DNA from: Auanema rhodensis
Taxonomy: Eukaryota > Animalia > Nematoda
Reading direction: 5' to 3'
Length of the DNA stretch: 64,000 nt
Assembly: GCA_964057225.1 (NCBI GenBank)
Contig: OZ059897.1
Location: 22,072,001-22,136,000, forward strand
Under the pieces are notes generated by a model. That model worked only from the letters and a program-made list of their open reading frames with translations. It was not told where the DNA came from and did not search any database. This document shows positions 27,101 through 42,768 of the stretch, piece after piece. Position numbers and translations under genes: made by a program. The first letter of the stretch is position 1, and each line of letters starts with the position of its first letter.

Positions 27101-28688
27101 TCCATATTAGTCTAAAAACAAATTTTTATTGATATTGGTTCATGGTAACCATGACTTTGAAATTTACGTGAACTTTAATTTATGCTAATTAAATGTACAC
27201 GTGATGTGCACTTGGTATGTAACTCGCTTCACGTGAAAGATAAAGAGATGCGGTTTCCAAAATTAGATTCCCCATGTCCATATTAGTCTAAAAACAAATT
27301 TTTATTGATATTGGTGCATGGTAACCATGACTTTGAAATTTACGTGAACTTTAATTTATGCTAATTAAATGAACACGTGATGTGCACTTGGTATGTAACT
27401 CGCTTCACGTGAAAGATAAAGAGATGCGGTTTTCAAAATTAGATTCCCCATGTCCATATTAGTCCAAAAACAAATTTTTATTGATATTGGTGCATGGTAA
27501 CCATGATTTTGAAATTTACGTGAACTTTAATTTATGCTAATTAAATGTACACGTGATGTGCACTTGGTATGTAACTCGCTTCACGTGAAAGATGAAGAGA
27601 TGCGGTTTTCGAAATTAGATTCCCCATGTCCATATTAGTCTAAAAACAAATTTTTATTGATATTGGTTCATGGTAACCATGACTTTGAAATTTACGTGAA
27701 CTTTAATTTATGCTAATTAAATGTACACGTGATGTGCACTTGGTATGTAACTCGCTACACGTGAAAGATAAAGAGATGCGGTTTTCAAAATTAGATTCCC
27801 CATGTCCATATTAGTCTAAAAACAAATTTTTATTGATATTGGTTCATGGTAACCATGACTTTGAATTTTACGTGAACTTTAATTTATGCTAATTAAATGT
27901 ACACGTGATGTGCACTTGGTATGTAACTCGCTTCACGTGAAAGATAAAGAGATGCGGTTTTCAAAATTAGATTCCCCATGTCCATATTAGTCTAAAAACA
28001 AATTTTTATTGATATTGGTTCATGGTAACCATGACTTTGAAATTTACGTGAATTTTAATTTATGCTAATTAAATGTACACGTGATGTGCACTTGGTATGT
28101 AACTCGCTTCACGTGAAAGATAAAGAGATGCGGTTTTCAAAATTAGATTCCTCATGTCCATATTAGTCTAAAAACAAATTTTTATTGATATTGGTTCATG
28201 GTAACCATGACTTTGAAATTTACGTGAACTTTAATTTATGCTAATTAAATGTACACGTGATGTGCACTTGGTATGTAACTCGCTTCACGTGAAAGATAAA
28301 GAGATGCGGTTTTCAAAATTAGATTCCCCATGTCCATATTAGTCTAAAAACAAATTTTTATTGATATTGGTTCATGGTAACCATGACTTTGAAATTTACG
28401 TGAACTTTAATTTATGCTAATTAAATGTACACGTGATGTGCACTTGGTATGTAACTCGCTTCACGTGAAAGATAAAGAGATGCGGTTTTCAAAATTAGAT
28501 TCCCCATGTCCATATTAGTCTAAAAACAAATTTTTATTGATATTGGTTCATGGTAACCATGACTTTGAAATTTACGTGAACTTTAATTTATGCTAATTAA
28601 ATGTACACGTGATGTGCACTTGGTATGTAACTCGCTTCACGTGAAAGATAAAGAGATGCGGTTTTCAAAATTAGATTCCCCATGTCCA
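24113..28688. repeat. Slightly diverged 13-monomer duplication (2288 bp; M138-150 / M151-163)
   Basis: Shared: acacAt plus ccTca, Agtt plus aatAta, gAacac, the gtcCaa multi-variant monomer, gctAcac, gaaTttt, ccTca. Each copy also carries private SNPs (gatgtAcac and cttgTtat versus tgcTTtt, gtttCc and aaTttt). Confidence 0.85.
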
Positions 28689-31600
28689 TATTAGTCTAAA
28701 AACAAATTTTTATTGATATTGGTTCATGGTAACCATGACTTTGAATTTTACGTGAACTTTAACTTATGCTAATTAAATGTACACGTGATGTGCACTTGGT
28801 ATGTAACTCGCTTCACGTGAAAGATAAAGAGATGCGGTTTTCAAAATTAGATTGCCCATGTCCATATTAGTCTAAAAACAAATTTTTATTGATATTGGTG
28901 CATGGTAACCATGACTTTGAAATTTACGTGAACTTTAATTTATGCTAATTAAATGTACACGTGATGTGCACTTGGTATGTAACTCGCTTCACGTGAAAGA
29001 TAAAGAGATGGGGTTTTCAAAATTAGATTCCCCATGTCCATATTAGTCTAAAAACAAATTTTTATTGATATTGGTTCATGGTAACCATGACTTTGAAATT
29101 TACGTGAACTTTAATTTATGCTAATTAAATGTACACGTGATGTGCACTTGGTATGTAACTCGCTTCACGTGAAAGATAAAGAGATGCGGTTTTCAAAATT
29201 AGATTCCCCATGTCCATATTAGTCTAAAAACAAATTTTTATTGATATTGGTTCATGGTAACCATGACTTTGAAATTTACGTGAACTTTAATTTATGCTAA
29301 TTAAATGTACACGTGATGTGCACTTGGTATGTAACTCGCTTCACGTGAAAGATAAAGAGATGCGGTTTTCAAAATTAGATTCCCCATGTCCATATTAGTC
29401 TAAAAACAAATTTTTATTGATATTGGTTCATGGTAACCATGACTTTGAAATTTACGTGAACTTTAATTTATGCTAATTAAATGTACACGTGATGTGCACT
29501 TGGTATGTAACTCGCTTCACGTGAAAGATAAAGAGATGCGGTTTTCAAAATTAGATTCCCCATGTCCATATTAGTCTAAAAACAAATTTTTATTGATATT
29601 GGTTCATGGTAACCATGACTTTGAAATTTACGTGAACTTTAATTTATGCTAATTAAATGTACACGTGATGTGCACTTGGTATGTAACTCGCTTCACGTGA
29701 AAGATGAAGAGATGCGGTTTTCAAAATTAGATTCCCCATGTCCATATTAGTCTAAAAACAAATTTTTATTGATATTGGTTCATGGTAACCATGACTTTGA
29801 AATTTACGTGAACTTTAATTTATGCTAATTAAATGTACACGTGATGTGCACTTGGTATGTAACTCGCTTCACGTGAAAGATAAAGAGATGCGGTTTTCAA
29901 AATTAGATTCCCCATGTCCATATTAGTCTAAAAACAAATTTTTATTGATATTGGTTCATGGTAACCATGACTTTGAAATTTACGTGAACTTTAATTTATG
30001 CTAATTAAATGTACACGTGATGTGCACTTGGTATGTAACTCGCTTCACGTGAAAGATAAAGAGATGCGGGTTTCAAAATTAGATTCCCCATGTCCATATT
30101 AGTCTAAAAACAAATTTTTATTGATATTGGTTCATGGTAACCATGACTTTGAAATTTACGTGAACTTTAATTTATGCTAATTAAATGTACACGTGATGTG
30201 CACTTGGTATGTAACTCGCTTCACGTGAAAGATAAAGAGATGCGGTTTTCAAAATTAGATTCCCCATGTCTATATTAGTCTAAAAACAAATTTTTATTGA
30301 TATTGGTTCATGGTAACCATGACTTTGAATTTTACGTGAACTTTAATTTATGCTAATTAAATGTACACGTGATGTGCACTTGGTATGTAACTCGCTTCAC
30401 GTGAAAGATAAAGAGATGCGGTTTTCAAAATTAGATTCCCCATGTCCATATTAGTCTAAAAACAAATTTTTATTGATATTGGTGCATGGTAACCATGACT
30501 TTGAAATTTACGTGAACTTTAATTTATGCTAATTAAATGTACACGTGATGTGCACTTGGTATGTAACTCGCTTCACGTGAAAGATAAAGAGATGCGGTTT
30601 TCAAAATTAGATTCCCCATGTCCATATTAGTCTAAAAACAAATTTTTATTGATATTGGTTCATGGTAACCATGACTTTGAAATTTACGTGAACTTTAATT
30701 TATGCTAATTAAATGTACACGTGATGTGCACTTGGTATGTAACTCGCTTCACGTGAAAGATAAAGAGATGCGGTTTTCAAAATTAGATTCCCCATGTCCA
30801 TATTAGTCTAAAAACAAATTTTTATTGATATTGGTTCATGGTAACCATGACTTTGAAATTTACGTGAACTTTAATTTATGCTAATTAAATGTACACGTGA
30901 TGTGCACTTGGTATGTAACTCGCTTCACGTGAAAGATAAAGAGATGCGGTTTTCAAAATTAGATTCTCCATGTCCATATTAGTCTAAAAACAAATTTTTA
31001 TTGATATTGGTTCATGGTAACCATGACTTTGAAATTTACGTGAACTTTAATTTATGCTAATTAAATGTACACGTGATGTGCACTTGTTATGTAACTCGCT
31101 TCACGTGAAAGATAAAGAGATGCGGTTTTCAAAATTAGATTCCCCATGTCCATATTAGTCTAAAAACAAATTTTTATTGATATTAGTTCATGGTAACCAT
31201 GACTTTGAAATATACGTGAACTTTAATTTATGCTAATTAAATGTACACGTGATGTGCACTTGGTATGTAACTCGCTTCACGTGAAAGATAAAAAGATGCG
31301 GTTTTCAAAATTAGATTCCCCATGTCCATATTAGTCTAAAAACAAATTTTTATTGATATTGGTGCATGGTAACCATGACTTTGAAATTTACGTGAACTTT
31401 AATTTATGCTAATTAAATGTACACTTGATGTGCACTTGGTATGTAACTCGCTTCACGTGAAAGATGAAGAGATGCGGTTTTCAAAATTAGATTCCCCATG
31501 TCCATATTAGTCTAAAAACAAATTTTTATTGATATTAGTTCATGGTAACCATGACTTTGAAATATACGTGAACTTTAATTTATGCTAATTAAATGTACAC

Positions 31601-34600
31601 GTGATGTGCACTTGGTATGTAACTCGCTTCACGTGAAAGATAAAAAGATGCGGTTTTCAAAATTAGATTCCCCATGTCCATATTAGTCTAAAAACAAATT
31701 TTTATTGATATTGGTGCATGGTAACCATGACTTTGAAATTTACGTGAACTTTAATTTATGCTAATTAAATGTACACGTGATGTGCACTTGGTATGTAACT
31801 CGCTTCACGTGAAAGATAAAAAGATGCGGTTTTCAAAATTAGATTCCCCATGTCCATATTAGTCTAAAAACAAATTTTTATTGATATTGGTGCATGGTAA
31901 CCATGACTTTGAAATTTACGTGAACTTTAATTTATGCTAATTAAATGTACACGTGATGTGCACTTGGTATGTAACTCGCTTCACGTGAAAGATAAAGAGA
32001 TGCGGTTTTCAAAATTAGATTCCCCATGTCCATATTAGTCTAAAAACAAATTTTTATTGATATTGGTGCATGGTAACCATGACTTTGAAATTTACGTGCA
32101 CTTTAATTTATGCTAATTAAATGTACACGTGATGTGCACTTGGTATGTAACTCGCTTCACGTGAAAGATAAAGAGATGCGGTTTTCAAAATTAGATTCCC
32201 CATGTCCATATTAGTCTAAAAACAAATTTTTATTGATATTGGTTCATGGTAACCATGACTTTGAAATTTACGTGAACTTTAATTTATGCTAATTAAATGT
32301 ACACGTGATGTGCACTTGGTATGTAACTCGCTTCACGTGAAAGATAAAGAGATGCGGTTTTCAAAATTAGATTCCCCATGTCCATATTAGTCTAAAAACA
32401 AATTTTTATTGATATTGGTTCATGGTAACCATGACTTTGAAATTTACGTGAACTTTAATTTATGCTAATTAAATGTACACGTGATGTGCACTTGGTATGT
32501 AACCCGCTTCACGTGAAAGATAAAGAGATGCGGTTTTCAAAATTAGATTCCCCATGTCCATATTAGTCTAAAAACAAATTTTTATTGATATTGGTTCATG
32601 GTAACCATGACTTTGAAATTTACGTGAACTTTAATTTATGCTAATTAAATGTACACGTGATGTGCACTTGGTATGTAACTCGCTTCACGTGAAAGATAAA
32701 GAGATGCGGTTTTCAAAATTAGATTCCCCATGTCCATATTAGTCTAAAAACAAATTTTTATTGTTATTAGTTCATGGTAACCATGACTTTGAAATTTACG
32801 TGAACTTTAATTTATGCTAATTAAATGTACACGTGATGTGCACTTGGTATGTAACTCGCTTCACGTGAAAGATAAAGAGATGCGGTTTTCAAAATTAGAT
32901 TCCCCATGTCCATATTAGTCTAAAAACAAATTTTTATTGATATTGGTTCATGGTAACCATGACTTTGAAATTTACGTGAACTTTAATTTATGCTAATTAA
33001 ATGTACACGTGATGTGCACTTGGTATGTAACTCGCTTCACGTGAAAGATAAAGAGATGCGGTTTTCAAAATTAGATTCCCCATGTCCATATTAGTCTAAA
33101 AACAAATTTTTATTGATATTAGTTCATGGTAACCATGACTTTGAAATTTACGTGAACTTTAATTTATGCTAATTAAATGTACACGTGATGTGCACTTGGT
33201 ATGTAACTCGCTTCACGTGAAAGATAAAGAGATGCGGTTTTCAAAATTAGATTCCCCATGTCCATATTAGTCTAAAAACAAATTTTTATTGATATTGGTT
33301 CATGGTAACCATGACTTTGAAATTTACGTGAACTTTAATTTATGCTAATTAAATGTACACGTGATGTGCACTTGGTATGTAACTCGCTTCACGTGAAAGA
33401 TAAAGAGATGCGGTTTTCAAAATTAGATTCTTCATGTCCATATTAGTCTAAAAACAAATTTTTATTGATATTGCTTCATGGTAACCATGACTTTGAAATT
33501 TACGTGAACTTTAATTTATGCTAATTAAATGTACACGTGATGTGCACTTGGTATGTAACTCGCTTCACGTGAAAGATAAAGAGATGCGGTTTTCAAAATT
33601 AGATTCCCCATGTCCATATTAGTCTAAAAACAAATTTTTATTGATATTGGTGCATGGTAACCATGACTTTGAAATTTACGTGAACTTTAATTTATGCTAA
33701 TTAAATGTACACGTGATGTGCACTTGGTATGTAACTCGCTTCACGTGAAAGATAAAGAGATGCGGTTTTCAAAATTAGATTCCCCATGTCCATATTAGTC
33801 TAAAAACAAATTTTTATTGATATTGGTGAATGGTAACCATGACTTTGAAATTTACGTGAACTTTAATTTATGCTAATTAAATGTACACGTGATGTGCACT
33901 TGGTATGTAACTCGCTTCACGTGAAAGATGAAGAGATGCGGTTTTCAAAATTAGATTCCTCATGTCCATATTAGTCTAAAAACAAATTTTTATTGATATT
34001 GGTTCATGGTAACCATGACTTTGAAATTTACGTGAACTTTAATTTATGCTAATTAAATGTACACGTGATGTGCACTTGGTATGTAACTCGCTTCACGTGA
34101 AAGATAAAGAGATGCGGTTTTCAAAATTAGATTCCCCATGTCCATATTAGTCTAAAAACAAATTTTTATTGATATTGGTGCATGGTAACCATGACTTTGA
34201 AATTTACGTGAACTTTAATTTATGCTAATTAAATGTACACGTGATGTGCACTTGGTATGTAACTCGCTTCACGTGAAAGATAAAGAGATGCGGTTTTCAA
34301 AATTAGATTCCCCATGTCCATATTAGTCTAAAAACAAATTTTTATTGATATTGGTTCATGGTAACCATGACTTTGAAATTTACGTGAACTTTAATTTATG
34401 CTAATTAAATGTACACGTGATGTGCACTTGGTATGTAACTCGCTTCACGTGAAAGATAAAGAGATGCGGTTTTCAAAATTAGATTCCCCATGTCCATATT
34501 AGTCTAAAAACAAATTTTTATTGATATTGGTTCATGGTAACCATGACTTTGAAATTTACGTGAACTTTAATTTATGCTAATTAAATGTACACGTGATGTG

Positions 34601-35552
34601 CACTTGGTATGTAACTCGCTTCACGTGAAAGATAAAGAGATGCGGTTTTCAAAATTAGATTCCCCATGTCCATATTAGTCTAAAAACAAATTTTTATTGA
34701 TATTGGTTCATGGTAACCATGACTTTGAAATTTACGTGAACTTTAATTTATGCTAATTAAATGTACACGTGATGTGCACTTGGTATGTAACTCGCTTCAC
34801 GTGAAAGATAAAGAGATGCGGTTTTCAAAATTAGATTCCCCATGTCCATATTAGTCTAAAAACAAATTTTTATTGATATTGCTTCATGGTAACCATGACT
34901 TTGAAATTTACGTGAACTTTAATTTATGCTAATTAAATGTACACGTGATGTGCACTTGGTATGTAACTCGCTTCACGTGAAAGATAAAGAGATGCGGTTT
35001 TCAAAATTAGATTCCCCATGTCCATATTAGTCTAAAAACAAATTTTTATTGATATTGGTTCATGGTAACCATGACTTTAAAATTTACGTGAACTTTAATT
35101 TATGCTAATTAAATGTACACGTGATGTGCACTTGGTATGTAACTCGCTTCACGTGAAAGATAAAGAGATGCGGTTTTCAAAATTAGATTCCCCATGTCCA
35201 TATTAGTCTAAAAACAAATTTTTATTGATATTGGTTCATGGTAACCATGACTTTGAAATTTACGTGAACTTTAATTTATGCTAATTAAATGTACACGTGA
35301 TGTGCACTTGGTATGTAACTCGCTTCACGTGAAAGATAAAGAGATGCGGTTTTCAAAATTAGATTCCCCATGTCCATATTAGTCTAAAAACAAATTTTTA
35401 TTGATATTAGTTCATGGTAACCATGACTTTGATATTTACGTGAACTTTAATTTATGCTAATTAAATGTACACGTGATGTGCACTTGGTATGTAACTCGCT
35501 TCACGTGAAAGATAAAGAGATGTGGTTTTCAAAATTAGATTCGCCATGTCCA

Positions 35553-36960
35553 TATTAGTCTAAAAACAAATTTTTATTGATATTGGTTCATGGTAACCAT
35601 GACTTTGAAATTTAGGTGAACTTTAATTTATGCTAATTAAATGTACACGTGATGTGCACTTGGTATGTAACTCGCTTCACGTTAAAGATAAAGAGATGTG
35701 GTTTTCAAAATCAGATTCCCCATGTCCATATTAGTCTAAAAACAAATTTTTATTGATATTGCTTCATGGTAACCATGACTTTGAAATTTACGTGAACTTT
35801 AATTTATGCTAATTAAATGTACACGTGATGTGCACTTGGTATGTAACTCGCTTCACGTGAAAGATAAAGAGATGCGGTTTTCAAAATTAGATTCCCCATG
35901 TCCATATTAGTCTAAAAACAAATTTTTATTGATATTGGTTCATGGTAACCATGACTTTGAAATTTACGTGAACTTTAATTTATGCTAATTAAATGTACAC
36001 GTGATGTGCACTTGGTATGTAACTCGCTTCACGTGAAAGATAAAGAGATGCGGTTTTCAAAATTAGATTCTCCATGTCCATATTAGTCTAAAAACAAATT
36101 TTTATTGATATTGCTTCATGGTAACCATGACTTTGAAATTTACGTGAACTTTAATTTATGCTAATTAAATGTACACGTGATGTGCACTTGGTATGTAACT
36201 CGCTTCACGTGAAAGATAAAGAGATGCGGTTTTCAAAATTAGATTCCCCATGTCCATATTAGTCTAAAAACAAATTTTTATTGATATTGGTTCATGGTAA
36301 CCATGACTTTGAAATTTAGGTGAACTTTAATTTATGCTAATTAAATGTACACGTGATGTGCACTTGGTATGTAACTCGCTTCACGTTAAAGATAAAGAGA
36401 TGTGGTTTTCAAAATTAGATTCCCCATGTCCATATTAGTCTAAAAACAAATTTTTATTGATATTGCTTCATGGTAACCATGACTTTGAAATTTACGTGAA
36501 CTTTAATTTATGCTAATTAAATGTACACGTGATGTGCACTTGGTATGTAACTCGCTTCACGTGAAAGATAAAGAGATGCGGTTTTCAAAATTAGATTCCC
36601 CATGTCCATATTAGTCTAAAAACAAATTTTTATTGATATTGGTTCATGGTAACCATGACTTTGAAATTTACGTGAACTTTAATTTATGCTAATTAAATGT
36701 ACACGTGATGTGCACTTGGTATGTAACTCGCTTCACGTGAAAGATAAAGAGATGCGGTTTTCAAAATTAGATTCTCCATGTCCATATTAGTCTAAAAACA
36801 AATTTTTATTGATATTGCTTCATGGTAACCATGACTTTGAAATTTACGTGAACTTTAATTTATGCTAATTAAATGTACACGTGATGTGCACTTGGTATGT
36901 AACTCGCTTCACGTGAAAGATAAAGAGATGCGGTTTTCAAAATTAGATTCCCCATGTCCA
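35553..36960. repeat. Tandem 4-monomer duplication (2 x 704 bp; M203-206 / M207-210)
   Basis: A monomer with tttaGgt, cgtTaaa and gatgTgg, then C, then tcTcc, then C, appears twice. Confidence 0.88.
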
Positions 36961-37840
36961 TATTAGTCTAAAAACAAATTTTTATTGATATTGGTTCATG
37001 GTAACCATGACTTTGAAATTTACGTGAACTTTAATTTATGCTAATTAAATGTACACGTGATGTGCACTTGGTATGTAACTCGCTTCACGTGAAAGATAAA
37101 GAGATGCGGTTTTCAAAATTAGATTCCCCATGTCCATATTAGTCTAAAAACAAATTTTTATTGATATTGGTTCATGGTAACCATGACTTTGAAATTTACG
37201 TGAACTTTAATTTATGCTAATTAAATGTACACGTGATGTGCACTTGGTATGTAACTCGCTTCACGTGAAAGATAAAGAGATGCGGTTTTCAAAATTAGAT
37301 TCCCCATTTCCATATTAGTCTAAAAACAAATTTTTATTGATATTAGTTCATGGTAACCATGACTTTGAAATTTACGTGAACTTTAATTTATGCTAATTAA
37401 ATGTACACGTGATGTGCACTTGGTATGTAACTCGCTTCACGTGAAAGATAAAGAGATGCGGTTTTCAAAATTAGATTCCCCATGTCCATATTAGTCTAAA
37501 AACAAATTTTTATTGATATTGGTTCATGGTAACCATGACTTTGAAATTTACGTGAATTTTAATTTATGCTAATTAAATGTACACGTGATGTGCACTTGGT
37601 ATGTAACTCGCTTCACGTGAAAGATAAAGAGATGTGGTTTTCAAAATTAGATTCCCCATGTCCATATTAGTCTAAAAACAAATTTTTATTGATATTGCTT
37701 CATGGTAACCATGACTTTGAAATTTACGTGAACTTTAATATATGCTAATTAAATGTACACGTGATGTGCACTTGGTATGTAACTCGCTTCACGTGAAAAA
37801 TAAAGAGATGCGGTTTTCAAAATTAGATTCTCCATGTCCA

Positions 37841-40800
37841 TATTAGTCTAAAAACAAATTTTTATTGATATTGCTTCATGGTAACCATGACTTTGAAATT
37901 TACGTGAACTTTAATTTATGCTAATTAATTGTACACGTGATGTGCACTTGGTATGTAACTCGCTTCACGTGAAAGATAAAGAGATGCGGTTTTCAAAATT
38001 AGATTCCCCATGTCCATATTAGTCTAAAAACAAATTTTTATTGATATTGGTGCATGGTAACCATGACTTTGAAATTTACGTGAACTTTAATTTATGCTAA
38101 TTAAATGTACACGTGATGTGCACTTGGTATGTAACTCGCTTCACGTGAAAGATAAAGAGATGCGGTTTTCAAAATTAGATTCCCCATGTCCATATTAGTC
38201 TAAAAACAAATTTTTATTGATATTGGTTCATGGTAACCATGACTTTGAAATTTACGTGAACTTTAATTTATGCTAATTAAATGTACACGTGATGTGCACT
38301 TGGTATGTAACTCGCTTCACGTGAAAGATAAAGAGATGCGGTTTTCAAAATTAGATTCCCCATGTCCATATTAATCTAAAAACAAATTTTTATTGATATT
38401 GGTTCATGGTAACCATGACTTTGAAATTTACGTGAACTTTAATTTATGCTAATTAAATGTACACGTGATGTGCACTTGGTATGTAACTCGCTTCACGTGA
38501 AAGATAAAGAGATGCGGTTTTCAAAATTAGATTCCCCATGTCCATATTAGTCTAAAAACAAATTTTTATTGATATTAGTTCATGGTAACCATGACTTTGA
38601 AATTTACGTGAACTTTAATTTATGCTAATTAAATGTACACGTGATGTGCACTTGGTATGTAACTCGCTTCACGTGAAAGATAAAGAGATGCGGTTTTCAA
38701 AATTAGATTCCCCATGTCCATATTAGTCTAAAAACAAATTTTTATTGATATTGGTTCATGGTAACCATGACTTTGAAATTTACGTGAACTTTAATTTATG
38801 CTAATTAAATGTACACGTGATGTGCACTTGGTATGTAACTCGCTTCACGTGAAAGATAAAGAGATGTGGTTTTCAAAATTAGATTCCCCATGTCCATATT
38901 AGTCTAAAAACAAATTTTTATTGATATTGCTTCATGGTAACCATGACTTTGAAAATTACGTGAACTTTAATTTATGCTAATTAAATGTACACGTGATGTG
39001 CACTTGGTATGTAACTCGCTTCACGTGAAAGATGAAGAGATGCGGTTTTCAAAATTAGATTCCCCATGTCCATATTAGTCTAAAAACAAATTTTTATTGA
39101 TATTGGTTCATGGTAACCATGACTTTGAAATTTACGTGAACTTTAATTTATGCTAATTAAATGTACACGTGATGTGCACTTGGTATGTAACTCGCTTCAC
39201 GTGAAAGATGAAGAGATGCGGTTTTCAAAATTAGATTCCTCATGTCCATATTAGTCTAAAAACAAATTTTTATTGATATTGGTTCATGGTAACCATGACT
39301 TTGAAATTTACGTGAACTTCAATTTATGCTAATTAAATGTACACGTGATGTGCACTTGGTATGTAACTCGCTTCACGTGAAAGATAAAGAGATGCGGTTT
39401 TCAAAATTAGATTCCCCATGTCCATATTAGTCTAAAAACAAATTTTTATTGATATTGGTTCATGGTAACCATGACTTTGAAATTTACGTGAACTTCAATT
39501 TATGCTAATTAAATGTACACGTGATGTGCACTTGGTATGTAACTCGCTTCACGTGAAAGATAAAGAGATGTGGTTTTCAAAATTAGATTCCCCATGTCCA
39601 TATTAGTCTAAAAACAAATTTTTATTGATATTGCTTCATGGTAACCATGACTTTGAAAATTACGTGAACTTTAATTTATGCTAATTAAATGTACACGTGA
39701 TGTGCACTTGGTATGTAACTCGCTTCACGTGAAAGATGAAGAGATGCGGTTTTCAAAATTAGATTCCCCATGTCCATATTAGTCTAAAAACAAATTTTTA
39801 TTGATATTGGTTCATGGTAACCATGACTTTGAAATTTACGTGAACTTTAATTTATGCTAATTAAATGTACACGTGATGTGCACTTGGTATGTAACTCGCT
39901 TCACGTGAAAGATGAAGAGATGCGGTTTTCAAAATTAGATTCCTCATGTCCATATTAGTCTAAAAACAAATTTTTATTGATATTGGTTCATGGTAACCAT
40001 GACTTTGAAATTTACGTGAACTTTAATTTATGCTAATTAAATGTACACGTGATGTGCACTTGGTATGTAACTCGCTTCACGTGGAAGATAAAGAGATGTG
40101 GTTTTCAAAATTAGATTCCCCATGTCCATATTAGTCTAAAAACAAATTTTTATTTATATTGGTGCATGGTAACCATGACTTTGAAATTTACGTGAACTTT
40201 AATTTATGCTAATTAAATGTACACGTGATGTGCACTTGGTATGTAACTCGCTTCACGTGAAAGATAAAGAGATGCGGTTTTCAAAATTAGATTCCCCATG
40301 TCCATATTAGTCTAAAAACAAATTTTTATTGATATTGCTTCATGGTAACCATGACTTTGAAATTTACGTGAACTTTAATTTATGCTAATTAATTGTACAC
40401 GTGATGTGCACTTGGTATGTAACTCGCTTCACGTGAAAGATAAAGAGATGCGGTTTTCAAAATTAGATTCCCCATGTCCATATTAGTCTAAAAACAAATT
40501 TTTATTGATATTGGTGCATGGTAACCATGACTTTGAAATTTACGTGAACTTTAATTTATGCTAATTAAATGTACACGTGATGTGCACTTGGTATGTAACT
40601 CGCTTCACGTGAAAGATAAAGAGATGCGGTTTTCAAAATTAGATTCCCCATGTCCATATTAGTCTAAAAACAAATTTTTATTGATATTGGTTCATGGTAA
40701 CCATGACTTTGAAATTTACGTGAACTTTAATTTATGCTAATTAAATGTACACGTGATGTGCACTTGGTATGTAACTCGCTTCACGTGAAAGATAAAGAGA

Positions 40801-42768
40801 TGCGGTTTTCAAAATTAGATTCCCCATGTCCATATTAATCTAAAAACAAATTTTTATTGATATTGGTTCATGGTAACCATGACTTTGAAATTTACGTGAA
40901 CTTTAATTTATGCTAATTAAATGTACACGTGATGTGCACTTGGTATGTAACTCGCTTCACGTGAAAGATAAAGAGATGCGGTTTTCAAAATTAGATTCCC
41001 CATGTCCATATTAGTCTAAAAACAAATTTTTATTGATATTAGTTCATGGTAACCATGACTTTGAAATTTACGTGAACTTTAATTTATGCTAATTAAATGT
41101 ACACGTGATGTGCACTTGGTATGTAACTCGCTTCACGTGAAAGATAAAGAGATGCGGTTTTCAAAATTAGATTCCCCATGTCCATATTAGTCTAAAAACA
41201 AATTTTTATTGATATTGGTTCATGGTAACCATGACTTTGAAATTTACGTGAACTTTAATTTATGCTAATTAAATGTACACGTGATGTGCACTTGGTATGT
41301 AACTCGCTTCACGTGAAAGATAAAGAGATGTGGTTTTCAAAATTAGATTCCCCATGTCCATATTAGTCTAAAAACAAATTTTTATTGATATTGCTTCATG
41401 GTAACCATGACTTTGAAAATTACGTGAACTTTAATTTATGCTAATTAAATGTACACGTGATGTGCACTTGGTATGTAACTCGCTTCACGTGAAAGATGAA
41501 GAGATGCGGTTTTCAAAATTAGATTCCCCATGTCCATATTAGTCTAAAAACAAATTTTTATTGATATTGGTTCATGGTAACCATGACTTTGAAATTTACG
41601 TGAACTTTAATTTATGCTAATTAAATGTACACGTGATGTGCACTTGGTATGTAACTCGCTTCACGTGAAAGATGAAGAGATGCGGTTTTCAAAATTAGAT
41701 TCCTCATGTCCATATTAGTCTAAAAACAAATTTTTATTGATATTGGTTCATGGTAACCATGACTTTGAAATTTACGTGAACTTCAATTTATGCTAATTAA
41801 ATGTACACGTGATGTGCACTTGGTATGTAACTCGCTTCACGTGAAAGATAAAGAGATGCGGTTTTCAAAATTAGATTCCCCATGTCCATATTAGTCTAAA
41901 AACAAATTTTTATTGATATTGGTTCATGGTAACCATGACTTTGAAATTTACGTGAACTTCAATTTATGCTAATTAAATGTACACGTGATGTGCACTTGGT
42001 ATGTAACTCGCTTCACGTGAAAGATAAAGAGATGTGGTTTTCAAAATTAGATTCCCCATGTCCATATTAGTCTAAAAACAAATTTTTATTGATATTGCTT
42101 CATGGTAACCATGACTTTGAAAATTACGTGAACTTTAATTTATGCTAATTAAATGTACACGTGATGTGCACTTGGTATGTAACTCGCTTCACGTGAAAGA
42201 TGAAGAGATGCGGTTTTCAAAATTAGATTCCCCATGTCCATATTAGTCTAAAAACAAATTTTTATTGATATTGGTTCATGGTAACCATGACTTTGAAATT
42301 TACGTGAACTTTAATTTATGCTAATTAAATGTACACGTGATGTGCACTTGGTATGTAACTCGCTTCACGTGAAAGATGAAGAGATGCGGTTTTCAAAATT
42401 AGATTCCTCATGTCCATATTAGTCTAAAAACAAATTTTTATTGATATTGGTTCATGGTAACCATGACTTTGAAATTTACGTGAACTTTAATTTATGCTAA
42501 TTAAATGTACACGTGATGTGCACTTGGTATGTAACTCGCTTCACGTGGAAGATAAAGAGATGTGGTTTTCAAAATTAGATTCCCCATGTCCATATTAGTC
42601 TAAAAACAAATTTTTATTTATATTGGTGCATGGTAACCATGACTTTGAAATTTACGTGAACTTTAATTTATGCTAATTAAATGTACACGTGATGTGCACT
42701 TGGTATGTAACTCGCTTCACGTGAAAGATAAAGAGATGCGGTTTTCAAAATTAGATTCCCCATGTCCA
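37841..42768. repeat. Tandem 14-monomer duplication (2 x 2464 bp; M216-229 / M230-243) with a nested imperfect 4-monomer repeat
   Basis: aaTtgt, ttaAtct, Agtt, gatgTgg, gaaaAtt plus gatGaag, ccTca, cttCaa twice, gtgGaa and tattTat recur in the same order at +2464. Confidence 0.92.
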
